The position numbers were made by a program, and so were the translations under genes. Below the pieces are notes generated by a model. It worked only from the letters and a program-made list of their open reading frames with translations, did not search any database and was not told the DNA's origin. This document shows, one piece after another, positions 22,446 through 35,592 of a stretch of 64,000 nt of DNA. The first letter of the stretch is position 1, and the number at the start of each line of letters is the position of its first letter. Origin of the DNA: Octopus sinensis (taxonomy: Eukaryota). The stretch is taken from positions 28,148,001 to 28,212,000 of the forward strand of contig NC_043013.1 in assembly GCF_006345805.1 (NCBI RefSeq), in the 5' to 3' direction.

Positions 22446-22729
22446 TCTCCCCGTCAGTACGCCGCTCACATGAGCTTAAAGAGTGTATTTAAAGCAGAGT
22501 GTCTCTACATGTCTATTTGGTGCTCTGTAGCTTCAAAAATACGACGATAAAGGAACTTAAAACTTCGAGATGTCCTCATTGTAATAAGGATGGAGGATCA
22601 GTATGGTTCCTTTTGTTTATCCATATTGTTCATTTAAAATCCTATTTTTAAGACATTAAAGATGAAGTCCAAGGTGACGAACAAGCCCAGGTACATATTG
22701 AGCTAAAACATCTGGTACATTCATGGAAT
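22446..22729 (-). other. 5' UTR part of the same exon (acceptor ttttttctttatatttttcag|attcc at 22730/22729) with several uORFs
   Basis: Strong polypyrimidine + AG on the minus strand. All upstream ATGs close before 22445. Confidence 0.55.
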
Positions 22730-22913
22730 CTGAAAAATATAAAGAAAAAACGGAATCAATATATGCTGTTGGACACAGAATTACATACAACGGCCTAAAT
22801 AAACAGCAAACGGAAGTTAACCCAACAAAATATTTGATATCCACTGAAGAGATTTGTTTCTCAGTCACTTTATTATATATTAAGAAAAATATATACATAT
22901 AATACACGCACAA

Positions 22914-22955
<42 letters not shown>

Positions 22956-23529
22956 ATATATAGATACACACACATGTATATAGAGAGGAGATAGGGAAAG
23001 AAATACATAGAAAGAGAAGGAGAGATACAGGGAAGATATATATTTATATGGAGAGAGAGAAAAAGAGAGAGAGAGAACGGAAGAATAAAAAGAGAAAGAG
23101 GCGAGATTCATTTCTTTGCCGAAATACAACTTCAAAAACCAATTCCAAATAATAATATACTCTGCCTTTTAATATGGTTTGGTGCCATTTAGCATAAAAG
23201 GTTAATGGAATCAAAAGTTTGGAGTGAGAAAAGAATTCTTGGAGAGGCTTCTTCATTTTATTTCATTTTGTCTTCACCTTCTCCACGCACACACACACAC
23301 CACCACCACCACCACTTTTACCCTCCTCCACTCCAACCACCGACCTTCTACACACACTTAAAAATTAAAAATCTCAAATGTAGTGTTGCTTAATCCAATA
23401 ATCCAAAAAGTTGACTTTTAACTGTAGGCAGTAAAGGAAGAACAGTTCTCTGCAAATTAAGAAAATGAATATAAACAACAAAAATAAAACACACATACAA
23501 AACAAAGATATATTATATATATATATATA

Positions 23530-23560
<31 letters not shown>

Positions 23561-23943
23561 TATACATATATATACACACACATATATACACACATCCAGA
23601 ATTATATATCAACATATATCTATATATACACATATTGTACATATCCACACATACATATATATTATCACTTATATATACATATATATATAAGTATATATGT
23701 ATGTGTGTGTGTGTGAATCCGTGTGTGTGTCTGTGTGCATGCACACACAAATTTCTATATATATATCATCATTATCATATATATATATATATAGCCTACA
23801 GATGCAATTGTAAAATACTGATAACGAAGAAAAAGTTCCTAAGATATCAAAGAGAGAAGGAAAGAAATACAATTAAGATTTGTTGATTCATGTGAATGTA
23901 TGATTGATGAAAAGAACTTTTTTTCTTCTACCCCTCCTCTCTC

Positions 23944-23984
<41 letters not shown>

Positions 23985-24192
23985 ATTAGATTACGAATTT
24001 AATAAATCCTCAACAAAACTGTGTATTTTGGGATATGGCAATTATAAAAGTCATGTAATAACACACACACACACAAACATATATATGCTTTTTCCTATCT
24101 ATGATAAACAGAATTGCATATTATCCAGACCATTCCGGATGAAATATGAGTGCATGTTTGTGTGTGTGTACATATATATATATATATATGTA

Positions 24193-24490
24193 CAGTGGAA
24201 TTTTGGTTTACGAATACCACTTATGAACAAATCAGTTTACAAACAAATTTTCAAACATAAAATGTCTCTGATGATGAGTGGTGTCTCAAGTAACGAACAT
24301 GCAAGCAAGTAAGAACAGTTGTCGACAAGCTGAGAGTATTAATGAGAGAGCATCAGTCGTTGTCTAGCTTTCACTCAGTATACATCCCAGCTTGAATATG
24401 ATGGACATTCTTGTGAATTTCTTACAGGAAACATAGTTATGGTTTATGGACATTTCATGTGAAGAGCGGCCTTCAGGAATAAATTAAATT
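24193..24490 (+). mobile_element. Tigger/pogo-like DNA transposon end fragment
   Basis: TA|CAGTGGAATTTTGGTTTACGAA terminus resembles pogo/Tigger-type TIRs. The other end was not found. Confidence 0.45.
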
Positions 24491-24571
24491 CATAAACTAT
24501 GGCTCCAATATATATATATTGTCTGTACTCCACCTGCCTTCATCTTTTGTTTATTTTCATAAAGCTTCCCG

Positions 24572-24612
<41 letters not shown>

Positions 24613-24788
24613 AGTTTATATAATAATGTGGTGGCACCTCTGTCAGACACAGCTTATATAATAATGTGGTGGCTCTTATCAGGCAGTTTATAACCCCATA
24701 AACTGACTTCGCCTACTATAATATTTACTGCCCTACATCTTAGAGTGTGCTTCTCCTCCGGATTTATGTGTTTCTACAAACAACCCTA

Positions 24789-24834
<46 letters not shown>

Positions 24835-24869
24835 AAAAGGTAAAGACCTCTTCAATCTCAAATAACCAT

Positions 24870-25600
24870 GGGATTGCACTTAGAAAGTTCCCCTCTGAAG
24901 CACAAGTCCGGGCAAGGTTTTTTTATAGATCAGCAGTCACTCATGCACACCAGCCTCCCCTTCTCCATGATACTGATGTTGTCCGAGGGAAAGGCAAATC
25001 CTGATACACCTCGGCACTGGTCATGTCACAACTCATTTCTACAGCTGAATGAATTGGGGTGACATGAAATAAAGTGTCTTGCTCAAGAACACAATTCACT
25101 GCCCAGTCCAGGAATTGAAATCACTACCTTATGATTGTAAGCTCTAACCTCTGAGCCATGCACACACACACACATCAAAATCATCATCATCATTTAATGT
25201 CCATGTTCTATGCTAGCATTCCTTATAAAGTCACACTGACTCTTAAGGGCCAGTTTCATGGCATATATATTCCCCACTTGGAAGAGACACTGGACCATTG
25301 CACTTTTGCCAGCTGAGTGGACTGGTGCAATGTAAAATGAACTGTTTTGTTCAAGAACACAATGCATCGCCCAGTTCAGGGATTGAAACCACAATCTTAC
25401 AATCATGAGTCCAACACCCTAACCACTAAGCCACACACCTCCACATGGATTGGACAGTTTGATAGGATCCAATGGGACCAAACACTGCATCATACTCCAG
25501 TGTCTGCTTTGGTATAGTTTGTATGACTGGATGCCCTTATTAATGCCAACCACTTTACAGGTGTAAAGGATGCTTTTTTTTGTTTTGTACCAGTAATACT
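24870..25600 (-). mobile_element. Family D and family B SINE fragments, nested
   Basis: gctcaagaacacaa...ccctaaccactaagcc occurs twice, interleaved with catcatcatttaatgtccatgttctatgctagca and ctggatgcccttattaatgccaaccactttacag. Confidence 0.7.
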
Positions 25601-26379
25601 ACTGAGGTTATTGTACAGCTGGGAAAACTATGGACCCAAAATGGGGTAACATTATGCTAATGAGGAACAGAGAGGAGTAAAGCATAATATTTAAGCATTT
25701 TAAGGAAAAGAACAAATCTCCACTTTATATGACGAACTGATTTTGCTTTGTGTTGCTGTCACAGAATTATTGGAGGAAAAGGAAGGAGAGGGGTAGTTAA
25801 TTTTATTGATGCCCATATCTAATCCTAGCTTATCTTATTGAAAAGATGATATCAAAGTTGAACAGAGTGAGATTTGAACTCAAATACATAGATAGCTGTA
25901 CGGAAATTTATATAATACAGCACTCTTAACATTTCAACCACTTCACTAATTTTGCATTATTTAATAATAACAATGGTCGTTCAACTGTATGCACACGCAA
26001 TAAGATGTTCACCATGGACAAATTTACTGCCAAAATATATAAATGCATCAACTGTAAATGTTGTGCAGTATAAAATGCACTTTTTTAATGTTAAATAAAG
26101 GAGTGTGGTGTTAACATTTTAAATAAAGGAGGAAATAAACGCTGTTACTGAAATTGCTGTTTTATGATTGGCTGATTTCGTTGATTTGAACCACTGCATG
26201 ATGGGTAAAAAGGAAAGAAAATAAGGATGGAAAGAGAAAATGTCTAGTTGCTGCTGCTGCTGCTGCTGCTGTTGGCAGTTGAACTATCAGACGAACGTAT
26301 TGTGAATATTATGTCAGAAATCTAATAATCTTGAGATTACAGAAGAATCCAATAACCGAACCCAAATAACCATAACTCT

Positions 26380-26438
<59 letters not shown>

Positions 26439-26792
26439 AACACACAAATATTTCTGACAAAAGTATGGAGTTTCATATTTCTTTGGGAAAAGAAATATCA
26501 ATGTTGTGATGTTCATACAATTCTCAAAAGGCATTGTCAGTAGGATAGAGCCACAGTTGAATGACAACTTAATAACGTACCAAATCTCTCTATGAACATA
26601 TAACCCTCTGTCTGTCAGTCTCTTCTCTCTCTATCTCTCTCATGCACACACACACACACACACACATATAATGGACCTATGAAGAGTTCATCAAATACCA
26701 GTTGGTATCAAATGAACCCATGAAAAATAACTATTCAAAGCACATACACATTAATACATTCACAAATGCTTGCACTTTTGCAAACACACTTC

Positions 26793-26864
<72 letters not shown>

Positions 26865-27070
26865 TACATATACATACACATACACACTGACTTGCTTGAA
26901 GAATATAGATTATTCAAGAACATACTTGAAATCATTATTATCGTAATTCTAATTTTTTTTGTTTTGGACAATTGTTTTCTTTACTGCTTCTGTCATGTAC
27001 TGGATAGTTCTTACAGCACTACTACGACCACTACTACTTTTCAGCTGCCTTTTATTATATATACTCATAA

Positions 27071-27118
<48 letters not shown>

Positions 27119-27720
27119 TATGTATATGTATGTATATCTTTACTCCCTATGTGCACATGTACACACTTTCATTTCAGTTCTTTTATAAACCATAATTCTG
27201 CATAATTCTGTTAGGTCATGAATATACAGAAGGTAAGTAGGCCACTAACAAAAGCAAAATTATGAGTAAAAGAGAAAAAAAAATGTTTAAAAAAAAAAGA
27301 GCAATAAAAATAAAGACAAACAAAATGCAAAAATGGAAGGTGGAAATGGCTGCTTGAGATTGTCCAAATGAAAATGGTTGGAATTGATGGCTACATATAT
27401 TAAGAAGTGAAATGACTGTGGAGATTGATTCTTTCTATTTCTGTACCATCATTTAGCATACTGAGAGACCGAAAAAGAAAAAAGGAAAACAAAAGACAGA
27501 AAATAAGAAAGGGAGGGAAAAAAATGCTGTTTTAGGATTTAAAAAATAAAACCATATTTTTCAAGAAAAATAAGCAAAGATTGTTGATGTATGAACAAAA
27601 TGAATATATGAATTTTTTACTGCTTAAGAGACAAAAAAAAAAAATTAAATTATCAATTTGTTCCCTAATTCTGAGGGAACTCACTAGGAACTTGTTTTGT
27701 GTATCTTAGTTAATATTAGT

Positions 27721-28185
27721 TTTAAATTTTGGCACAAGGCCAGCAATTCTGAAGAAGGTGAGGGTGCAAATTATTTACATTGACCCCAGTGCTTAACTGG
27801 TACTTATTTCATTGACCCCCAAAAGGAATGAAAGGCAAAGTCTACCTTGGTGGAATTTGAACTCAGAATATAAAGACAAGACAAAATACTACCAAGCATT
27901 TTGTCTGGCATGCCAACAATTCTACCAGCTTGCTGCCTTTGACTTAGTTAATATTACAACTACTATAAGGCAGCAAGCTGGCAGAAACGTTAGTGTGCTG
28001 GGCAAAATGCTTAGCACTATTTCATCTGTCTTTACATTCTGAGTTCAAATTCCTACAAGGTTGAATTTGGCTTTCATCCTTTCGGGGTCAATAAATTAAG
28101 TACCAGTTGCATCCTGGGATCAATCTAATCAATTGGCCACCTCCCCAAAAAATTTCGGGCCTTGTTCCTAGAGTAGAAAAGAATA
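27721..28185. repeat. Inverted pair of family C SINEs (~220-bp arms, ~27-bp spacer)
   Basis: ...ttctaccagcttgctgcctt tgacttagttaatattacaactactat aaggcagcaagctggcagaa... Confidence 0.85.
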
Positions 28186-28257
28186 TTACAACTGCTACTA
28201 CTTCCAACACCGCTACTATTACTACTATTAATATTGTATCCATTTCACCTCCATTAG

Positions 28258-28493
28258 CAGGGCCCCCTCAGTAGCATTATAGACCCCTGGGCAAATCAGT
28301 GCCTTGGACCCTATAGTATTTATCAATTGAGAGCAATCCACAGCATACACAGATTAGAACTGGGTCCCAAGACATGTGACACCTCAGGTAAATCCATGCA
28401 CTGAGCCCTATAGTGTGTAGCTGCAACATATATAAAGATCACAATTGGGCCCCAGGTAACTGCCCAATGTACCCACGCCTTAAGATGGCACTG
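28258..28493. mobile_element. hAT-like MITE with 8-bp TSD
   Basis: Termini CAGGGCC.../...GGCACTG; flanks tccattag (28250-28257) and tccattgg (28494-28501), 7/8 match; internal gggcccc motifs. Confidence 0.65.
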
Positions 28494-30369
28494 TCCATTG
28501 GCCCATGGTAGAGGTAGATTTGAGACATTACAGTTATTAAACAATAACTGTCACTCTCCATTGTTACAGCACCCTTGTTTTTTATAAGTAAATAGCTGTA
28601 CATCTGCATGGCACTTGTTAATGGATAAATGAACTGAGTTAACTGGCTTTAGAGAAACATAGATCTACACTGCTGCTGGTAATGAGTCAGGGAAGTGCAG
28701 GAGTTAGGGGAGGGTGACTGATGCTTCTTTTGATAGTTAGTTTGGTTCAATAACAACTTGACCAACAGTGAGATCATCTCTGAGTCACAGCAGAGGTATT
28801 AGTATTGTGACTGACCAAAAATAAATAAGCCAACTTCACCATGCATAGATGCAAACAAGAAAAGTTCTAAGGGTGGCTATGGTTGACAGTGGTCAGTTGT
28901 AATCGAACATGGTCACTCAGCCTGTTGGAATTAACAAGCACCCTCCCCACCCTTTTAATTGAAAGTATATCCTATGATCTAAAAAGAAGAAAAAAAAAAA
29001 TAATGAGATGGTCATAAGTTGAGTGCCTTTCATCACAGGTCTGCTCAATCATGTATGACCGAGGGTTAAAAGTAAAACAACAACAGCAATTCACAACAGC
29101 CGGACCACTCCAGTTGTTCCAAAATGTTCTCGCTGCATCTAAATTAAGAGGTTGAAGTGATAGTATACTATACTTAGGGAAATATTTCACTGAGTCTATA
29201 TCAATATTAGAAAAGAAATTCGGTTCCAGAAGTAATAAATGTCAATGCTGGAATGGAAAAATAAATGAAACAAGCTATAATCTCCAACATCCATTCATGA
29301 GAGAGGATAAAAACTCTTTAACTTCTTCAACCTGTAAGCTGCCAGAAGTACCCATATTTGCTAGTTTATAGCCTGTCTCATTGATTCAACAGAATGTTTT
29401 ATGGGCCTTTAGTTCTTGGTTTCTATGTTGAACATCAGAGAAGATGAATGGTTAAACATTGCATATAAGAGAATCTATATTCTTTGTTCTAGTATCCAAG
29501 CAGGTTTTGCAGTAAAGTTTGCTATAATGAACAATGAGCCAGAGAACTGATGAGCAAAGAAAGGGAAAAAAAAAAACAATCAATAAAAAAAATAAACAAT
29601 CAGATAAATAATAGAAGTCAAAATAAAGAGGTTAAAGAGATATTGTGGTTGAGTAGTTAAAGAAGGAAAATATTGTCTTGAGGTCCATAAGTTCAACCAC
29701 AGCTACAAGCAGAATATTTTATTCTTAATGATCTTTTTCAGTAAAAGCAGATGGTAAACAAAGAGGGTAGGATTCATAGTCCATGGTTAAGTGGTTGGTA
29801 TCAGAAAAAGGGGTCAAGCTATAAAATACTTGCTTCTAATATTTAAATTTATAGAGCTATCAAATGCATGGTAACATGAGAATATAAGCAAAAGTATTGA
29901 TTTCTTTTTAGAAGACATAAATATACACAAATAAACTGACCTTGAGCTGTTGCTGGTGCTTGATACACCAACATAGGAAGTTAAAAGGCAAGACTAATCC
30001 TATTGTGGATTAAATTTAGAACAGGGATGCTAAACAGGGGTACAAAATATGTGCTAAAGTATGGGTTGGCAATTCAGTGTCGTTAGACATTTCCATTGGT
30101 GAATGGCTATGCTTAAAGAAAGAAAAAAAGGACACATCGCACAGTCAAGTCCTTGATAGGATGTTCGAAGTACTAATACAACAGAGAGCTAATATTTGAT
30201 AAAAAAAAAGAAGCCAATGGCACTTATCATCATTGTGACCAAAAAGTAAAATGATAATACTTGTAGCAAGCTCGTCTAACCCATGCCAACATGGAAAATG
30301 GACACTAAATGATGATGATGATGATGAAGAAGAATTTTATTAGTTTACTCTTGTTGGGATATTTTGTTG

Positions 30370-30560
30370 CATCCTGTTGCAGTTTAGCCTCAGGTCAACC
30401 TTGATTGAGCACTTGTAAGATTAAGAATATTCCAGAAGTGACAATCCCATCTAGAACAACATTGCCCAATAAGACCTTCCTATTTTGTTTTAAGATGAAA
30501 GGATATAATTCAAGAGAATTTAGCTGCTATTTTTAGCAGGGTGAATGACCAGATATGGCT
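30370..30560 (+). repeat. Interspersed repeat family F fragment
   Basis: ggtcaaccttgattgagc...ttccagaagtgacaatccc...gagaatttagctgctatttttagcagggtgaatgacc; similar segments at ~40860-41060 and ~60100-60300. Confidence 0.5.
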
Positions 30561-30939
30561 CCCACATAGGCTTTTGTTAATTCATGTAATATGCTGATGA
30601 GCACGTATACATTAGCATGTGTATATACTATAGTGTTTTCTCCTTCCTACTTTTCTCTTTCTATCTCTCTTTCGTATAAACATCTCTTTTCTAGATAATT
30701 CCTGGCCATTTGTTGTCAGTCTAGCGAACAAATGGGAGTCACAGCTATTTCAAATAAAATATGCCCGTCATTAAGGCTAACAACAAGAATCATAACACAT
30801 TCAAATGTACAAGACTAATTGAAATAATGAAAGCCTGAATTTAATAATCAACAGAATGAATATTGAATGAGTGGTTAACAGACTTCACGAACTATTTATT
30901 CTACAACAACAATAACAATACAATAATCCCTCAATGTGA

Positions 30940-31260
30940 AGGTGGCATAGCTTAGTGGTTAGTGCATTTGGCTCATGATTACTGAGCCCGGAGTTCAATT
31001 CCCAGACATGCATTTATATCACATTGCTTTATTTCACATTGCTCCAGTCCACTAGGCTGGCAAAAATGAATTGTACCTGTAATCCAAAGGGCCAGCCATG
31101 TCACAATCTGTGTCATGCTGAATCTCTCAGAGAACTACGTGAAGGGTACATGTGTCTGTGGAGTACTCAGCCACATGCATGCTAATTTCACGAGCAGGCT
31201 TTTTCATTAATCAGGTCAACTGCACTGCTCATCGTGGTAATCAACAGAGAACCAGGCCAG
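30940..31260 (+). mobile_element. SINE family D in sense orientation
   Basis: ggtggcatagcttagtggttagtgcatttggctcatgatt...ggagttcaattccc (A and B boxes). Confidence 0.7.
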
Positions 31261-33552
31261 TCACGTACCGACTATTGACAAAAGTGACATAGATAAGCTA
31301 TGAGGTTTCTGTGAAATCTTAAATTTTCCTTCTTCTCATGAACCTCTTCTCTTTCTTTGAAATAAACACACTGTGATTTAACTCATTTCTGCTCTTTCAC
31401 AAACATTTTACTTGGATATAGACACACAATCCACTCAAGAATAAGGTGTCGGTGTTTAAAGTGATTCGATATAATCTACTGAAATTGAAATGCAATGACA
31501 ATATTCTAAGTATTCATTAGAGTCTATATCGACAAGTTTTTGTAAAAGTATCCTCCTCTACATATAACAGGCAGAGTCAACACCTATTGAAAAGGTTGCA
31601 AAATGCAACGCAAATTTTAGGAAAAGTAAATAAGTAAATGAGCAGAAACATTACCAGTGAGTATGTTAAATAATAAAGCACTAAAAGAGAATGACTCTCC
31701 CTAGACACAACAAAATATGCTTCAACACACGAACTCACATGAAGAATCTTGCAACCAAATCCAAAAACAAAGTATATATATATATATCCATCCAACCCAC
31801 ACCAGCTTGGAAAATGGATGTTAAACAATGATAATGATGCTGAGATGCCTGTGCATAACTACACTTATACATACACATGCATATATGTGCATATATAGAT
31901 GTGCATAAATACATACATATGCACATGCATACAAATTATTGGATGGCCTTTGACTCTCCTGAGTTCATTCATTTTTTGACCTTCATTGGCCTTCATTTAA
32001 AACCAGTGGCCAGGTTTTCATCCCACTGCCATTTTAATGGTTTTTCTCACCAAACAGGGTACACAGAAGAGTGTAGTACAGGTGGGAGCGGTTACCCATG
32101 TGGTGTGTGTTCACTGAAGTGCCATCACTGTCTGATATGTGAAGTCTTAGTCTTGCCATTCTGGTGCATGTATTCCTCATAGCGAAGGTTCATGAAGAGA
32201 GGCCCTACATCTTAAGAGGAAAAGGGAAAGGAGAGCAAAATGTGGTTGTACTCAAGAGAGTTGAAATTCATCACGTACAGACACATTTCCTTATCATCAT
32301 TTCTACACTAACGAAAGGAAGTATTTGCAACAAAACACACACACACACACACACTACTAAAAGTTTTCATTGATGTAGCAAATATCGAAAGCTATGAACC
32401 AATTACATAAACAAATGACCTGATTCTCACAGCAAATTCAAAAGAAAGGCTTCAAGAAATAAGATCTATAATCAAAAGGACCAATAATTTATATTTCAGA
32501 GGTTTGAGTGTCAGTAATTAGGCCCCAAGGCTAGCAACAGGAAAATTATTTGGTTTCATGGGTGAGCTTGTGTAATTGCACAAGTTATGATAATATATAT
32601 AGAGAGAGAGAAATAGCAAATTAAATTCTTAGTGCATATATGTCTATATATATTTAATGCAAGGAGTGATAATGCACAAATAGTATGGTAAGAAACATCA
32701 TTTATTTGTAGCACAAAATTGTTTCCAAGTGCTGAATATTAAACATAACTAGCAATGGGAAGCCACTACATGATCACTCAAAATGCTAGAAATAGCTACG
32801 AAATTTTCTCAAAAGAAAAGAAGACTATATTGGATAATATAGTTTTGCACATTCGGAAAAGAAGAAATGATCTTCAATCAGACGTCCACTTATTCAGTAT
32901 AAATGTTCCTTCAACATAAATGAGACAATATTTGGAGCAAGAACATTTCTTACCAGTCGTATATTAACATACAAACAACACACATGCGCATATGTGCACG
33001 CTTTCTCTATCTCTCTAACACAGACACACTTATGATGAGTATTTATGAACATATTTATGTGGATATAAATGTATATAAATACACACACACACACACACAT
33101 ACACACACACACATACACACACACACATACACGTGTTATCCCCTAGGTGGGATTAGAAATTTGAATTTGAAATTGAGGAATTACAAGGATGCACACCAGC
33201 ACACACACACACACATGCATGCATATATACATACATACACGCACGCACACACACACACACACACCACACACACACACACACACACGTACAATTCTCTTCT
33301 ATACAGTTTTCATCAACAAATTACACTCACAAGGCATTGGTTGGCCTGGGGCTACAGGTAACATTTTAACCCAGGGTATCACAGTAGGATTGAACCCAAA
33401 ACTATTACTATTCTGCTACCCTTATCTCTGGTGCTGATCATTTCAACACAGTATTTGGGACTAACGAGATTATTGATCTGCTGCTATTTTCGTATATGCT
33501 TTTCTTTTCATATCTTTTTCTAGTCTGAGTTGGAAGAGTAGTGTTTTAAAGA

Positions 33553-33592
<40 letters not shown>

Positions 33593-33940
33593 GGTGGTGG
33601 TGGTAGTAGTAGTAGTAGTAGGGGGGGTCAGGTGTTGAAAGATCAGGTGGTGCTGTTAAGTCAAGCGATGGATTAACTCTACAGCCCAAGATCAAGAACT
33701 GTCTCCCTTTTAAACAGGCTTCCACACAGTTTTCATCTACTAAATTTACTTCCCAAGACTTTGGTGGACTTGAGGTCAAAGTAGATTTCACTAGCCAAAA
33801 TGATTCTGCATATCTGGATTGAATCCAAAATCACATCTTTGCAAAGTGGAGTTAACCACCACAAGCATGCCAGCATCTGTTAGTGCTAACTACTCTTGTA
33901 CATTTATACCACCTGAATTTACCATTCTCTCTGTCAGTCC

Positions 33941-34378
33941 GGATCTTTTCAGTTTGAACGGCAGTTTTTAACATGATTTCTAGGTAACTAAAAAATTTTA
34001 AACTTCGTATACTGGTAGAATGTGTTTATAAAACATCTTTTTCTCTTGGCTTTATTGAGAAAATTCTATAGTTTGTAAGATATTTGTTGTTTTTTTTTCT
34101 TCAATTTCAGGCAATTTCAACCAATCAAATACGTCTATTGAGGTGAAAACATTCTGTGCCGTATGAATATGTCCCTCGTTTAAGAAACAGATTGGGTTTA
34201 TTTACATTTCTGAAGGAAAAAAGATACCCTTCTCCCCACCCCTAACCCTGACCAACCTTAACAAACCCTAACCCTAAAACAGATTGAAATGCAATAGATC
34301 GATTCTTGGGTCATAATTATGGGTGACAATTTCATATGACACCGCTAGAAAAAACTGCCGTTCAAACCGAAAAGATCC
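33941..34378. mobile_element. 438-bp MITE, ~28-bp TIRs beginning GG, perfect 8-bp TSD (Merlin-like)
   Basis: TSD GTCAGTCC at 33933-33940 and 34379-34386. TIR GGATCTTTTCAGTTTGAACGGCAGTTTTT vs AAAAACTGCCGTTCAAACCGAAAAGATCC (one mismatch). Internal CCCTAA units. Confidence 0.85.
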
Positions 34379-34854
34379 GTCAGTCCTTTATAGACCCCAC
34401 TTCATCTTTACTGTAGCAATTGCATATGCACGAAGGACATAGAAACCAAAGCTATTTCCCAGATTACACTAGGATTTTGTGCTCTCTTCTTACTAACTTA
34501 GCACTTTGGTCTTGAAACTATTAGCCTATAGGCCTTTCAGGTTTGGAACTTTTTGCTGAAATTCTGAGACAGATTATGTTATATACAAGTTAATAATATA
34601 TGAATGTCATAAGTACAGCAGGAACCTGCAGCTCTTATTATCTTTATATCTACTTGTATCCATCTCACCAGACAGATAGATAAAGTAAGATTAACTTGTA
34701 CAGTAGACAGTGAATGTTCACTACCAACCAGCCACCTACACCATCACCCACCTATCTGTCTGTCTGTCTATCTATCTATCTATCCTCCTCTCTATCCATC
34801 TTTCTATCCACCTCTCTATTCATCTCTCTATCTATCTATCTCTCCACCCCTCTC

Positions 34855-34887
<33 letters not shown>

Positions 34888-35275
34888 ACACACACACACA
34901 CACACACACATCATTTGCTTCTCTTATTTCTTGTTTTCGCTTCTCAAGACTTCAACAACTTACATTTAAACTGTGCTGACAAGCTATTTGTCTTTTTTTT
35001 TATTTAAATACACAATAAAATGAAAAAGAATTTTAAAAAAACAACAAAAACAAAGAAGCAATAAGTATTCTCTGCAAATAACAAAAATCATTATATGAGT
35101 GTGTGTGTGTGTGTGTGTGTGTGTATTTTTGTTCTTTCAAACATAAACATGTATAAACCTACTAAGCATGTGTGTGAGAGAGAGAGATCAACTGTAGTAT
35201 TTATAAGAGATAAGATTACTGCGGTTATATACACATGCACACATGTACACACACCTCCCCCCTATGTGAACACAT

Positions 35276-35313
<38 letters not shown>

Positions 35314-35379
35314 GATGAAAATGGATAATGTATTCTGGGAGAAAAACTTCCTTTTAGAACCAGAGATGGTGGTGATGCT

Positions 35380-35592
<213 letters not shown>

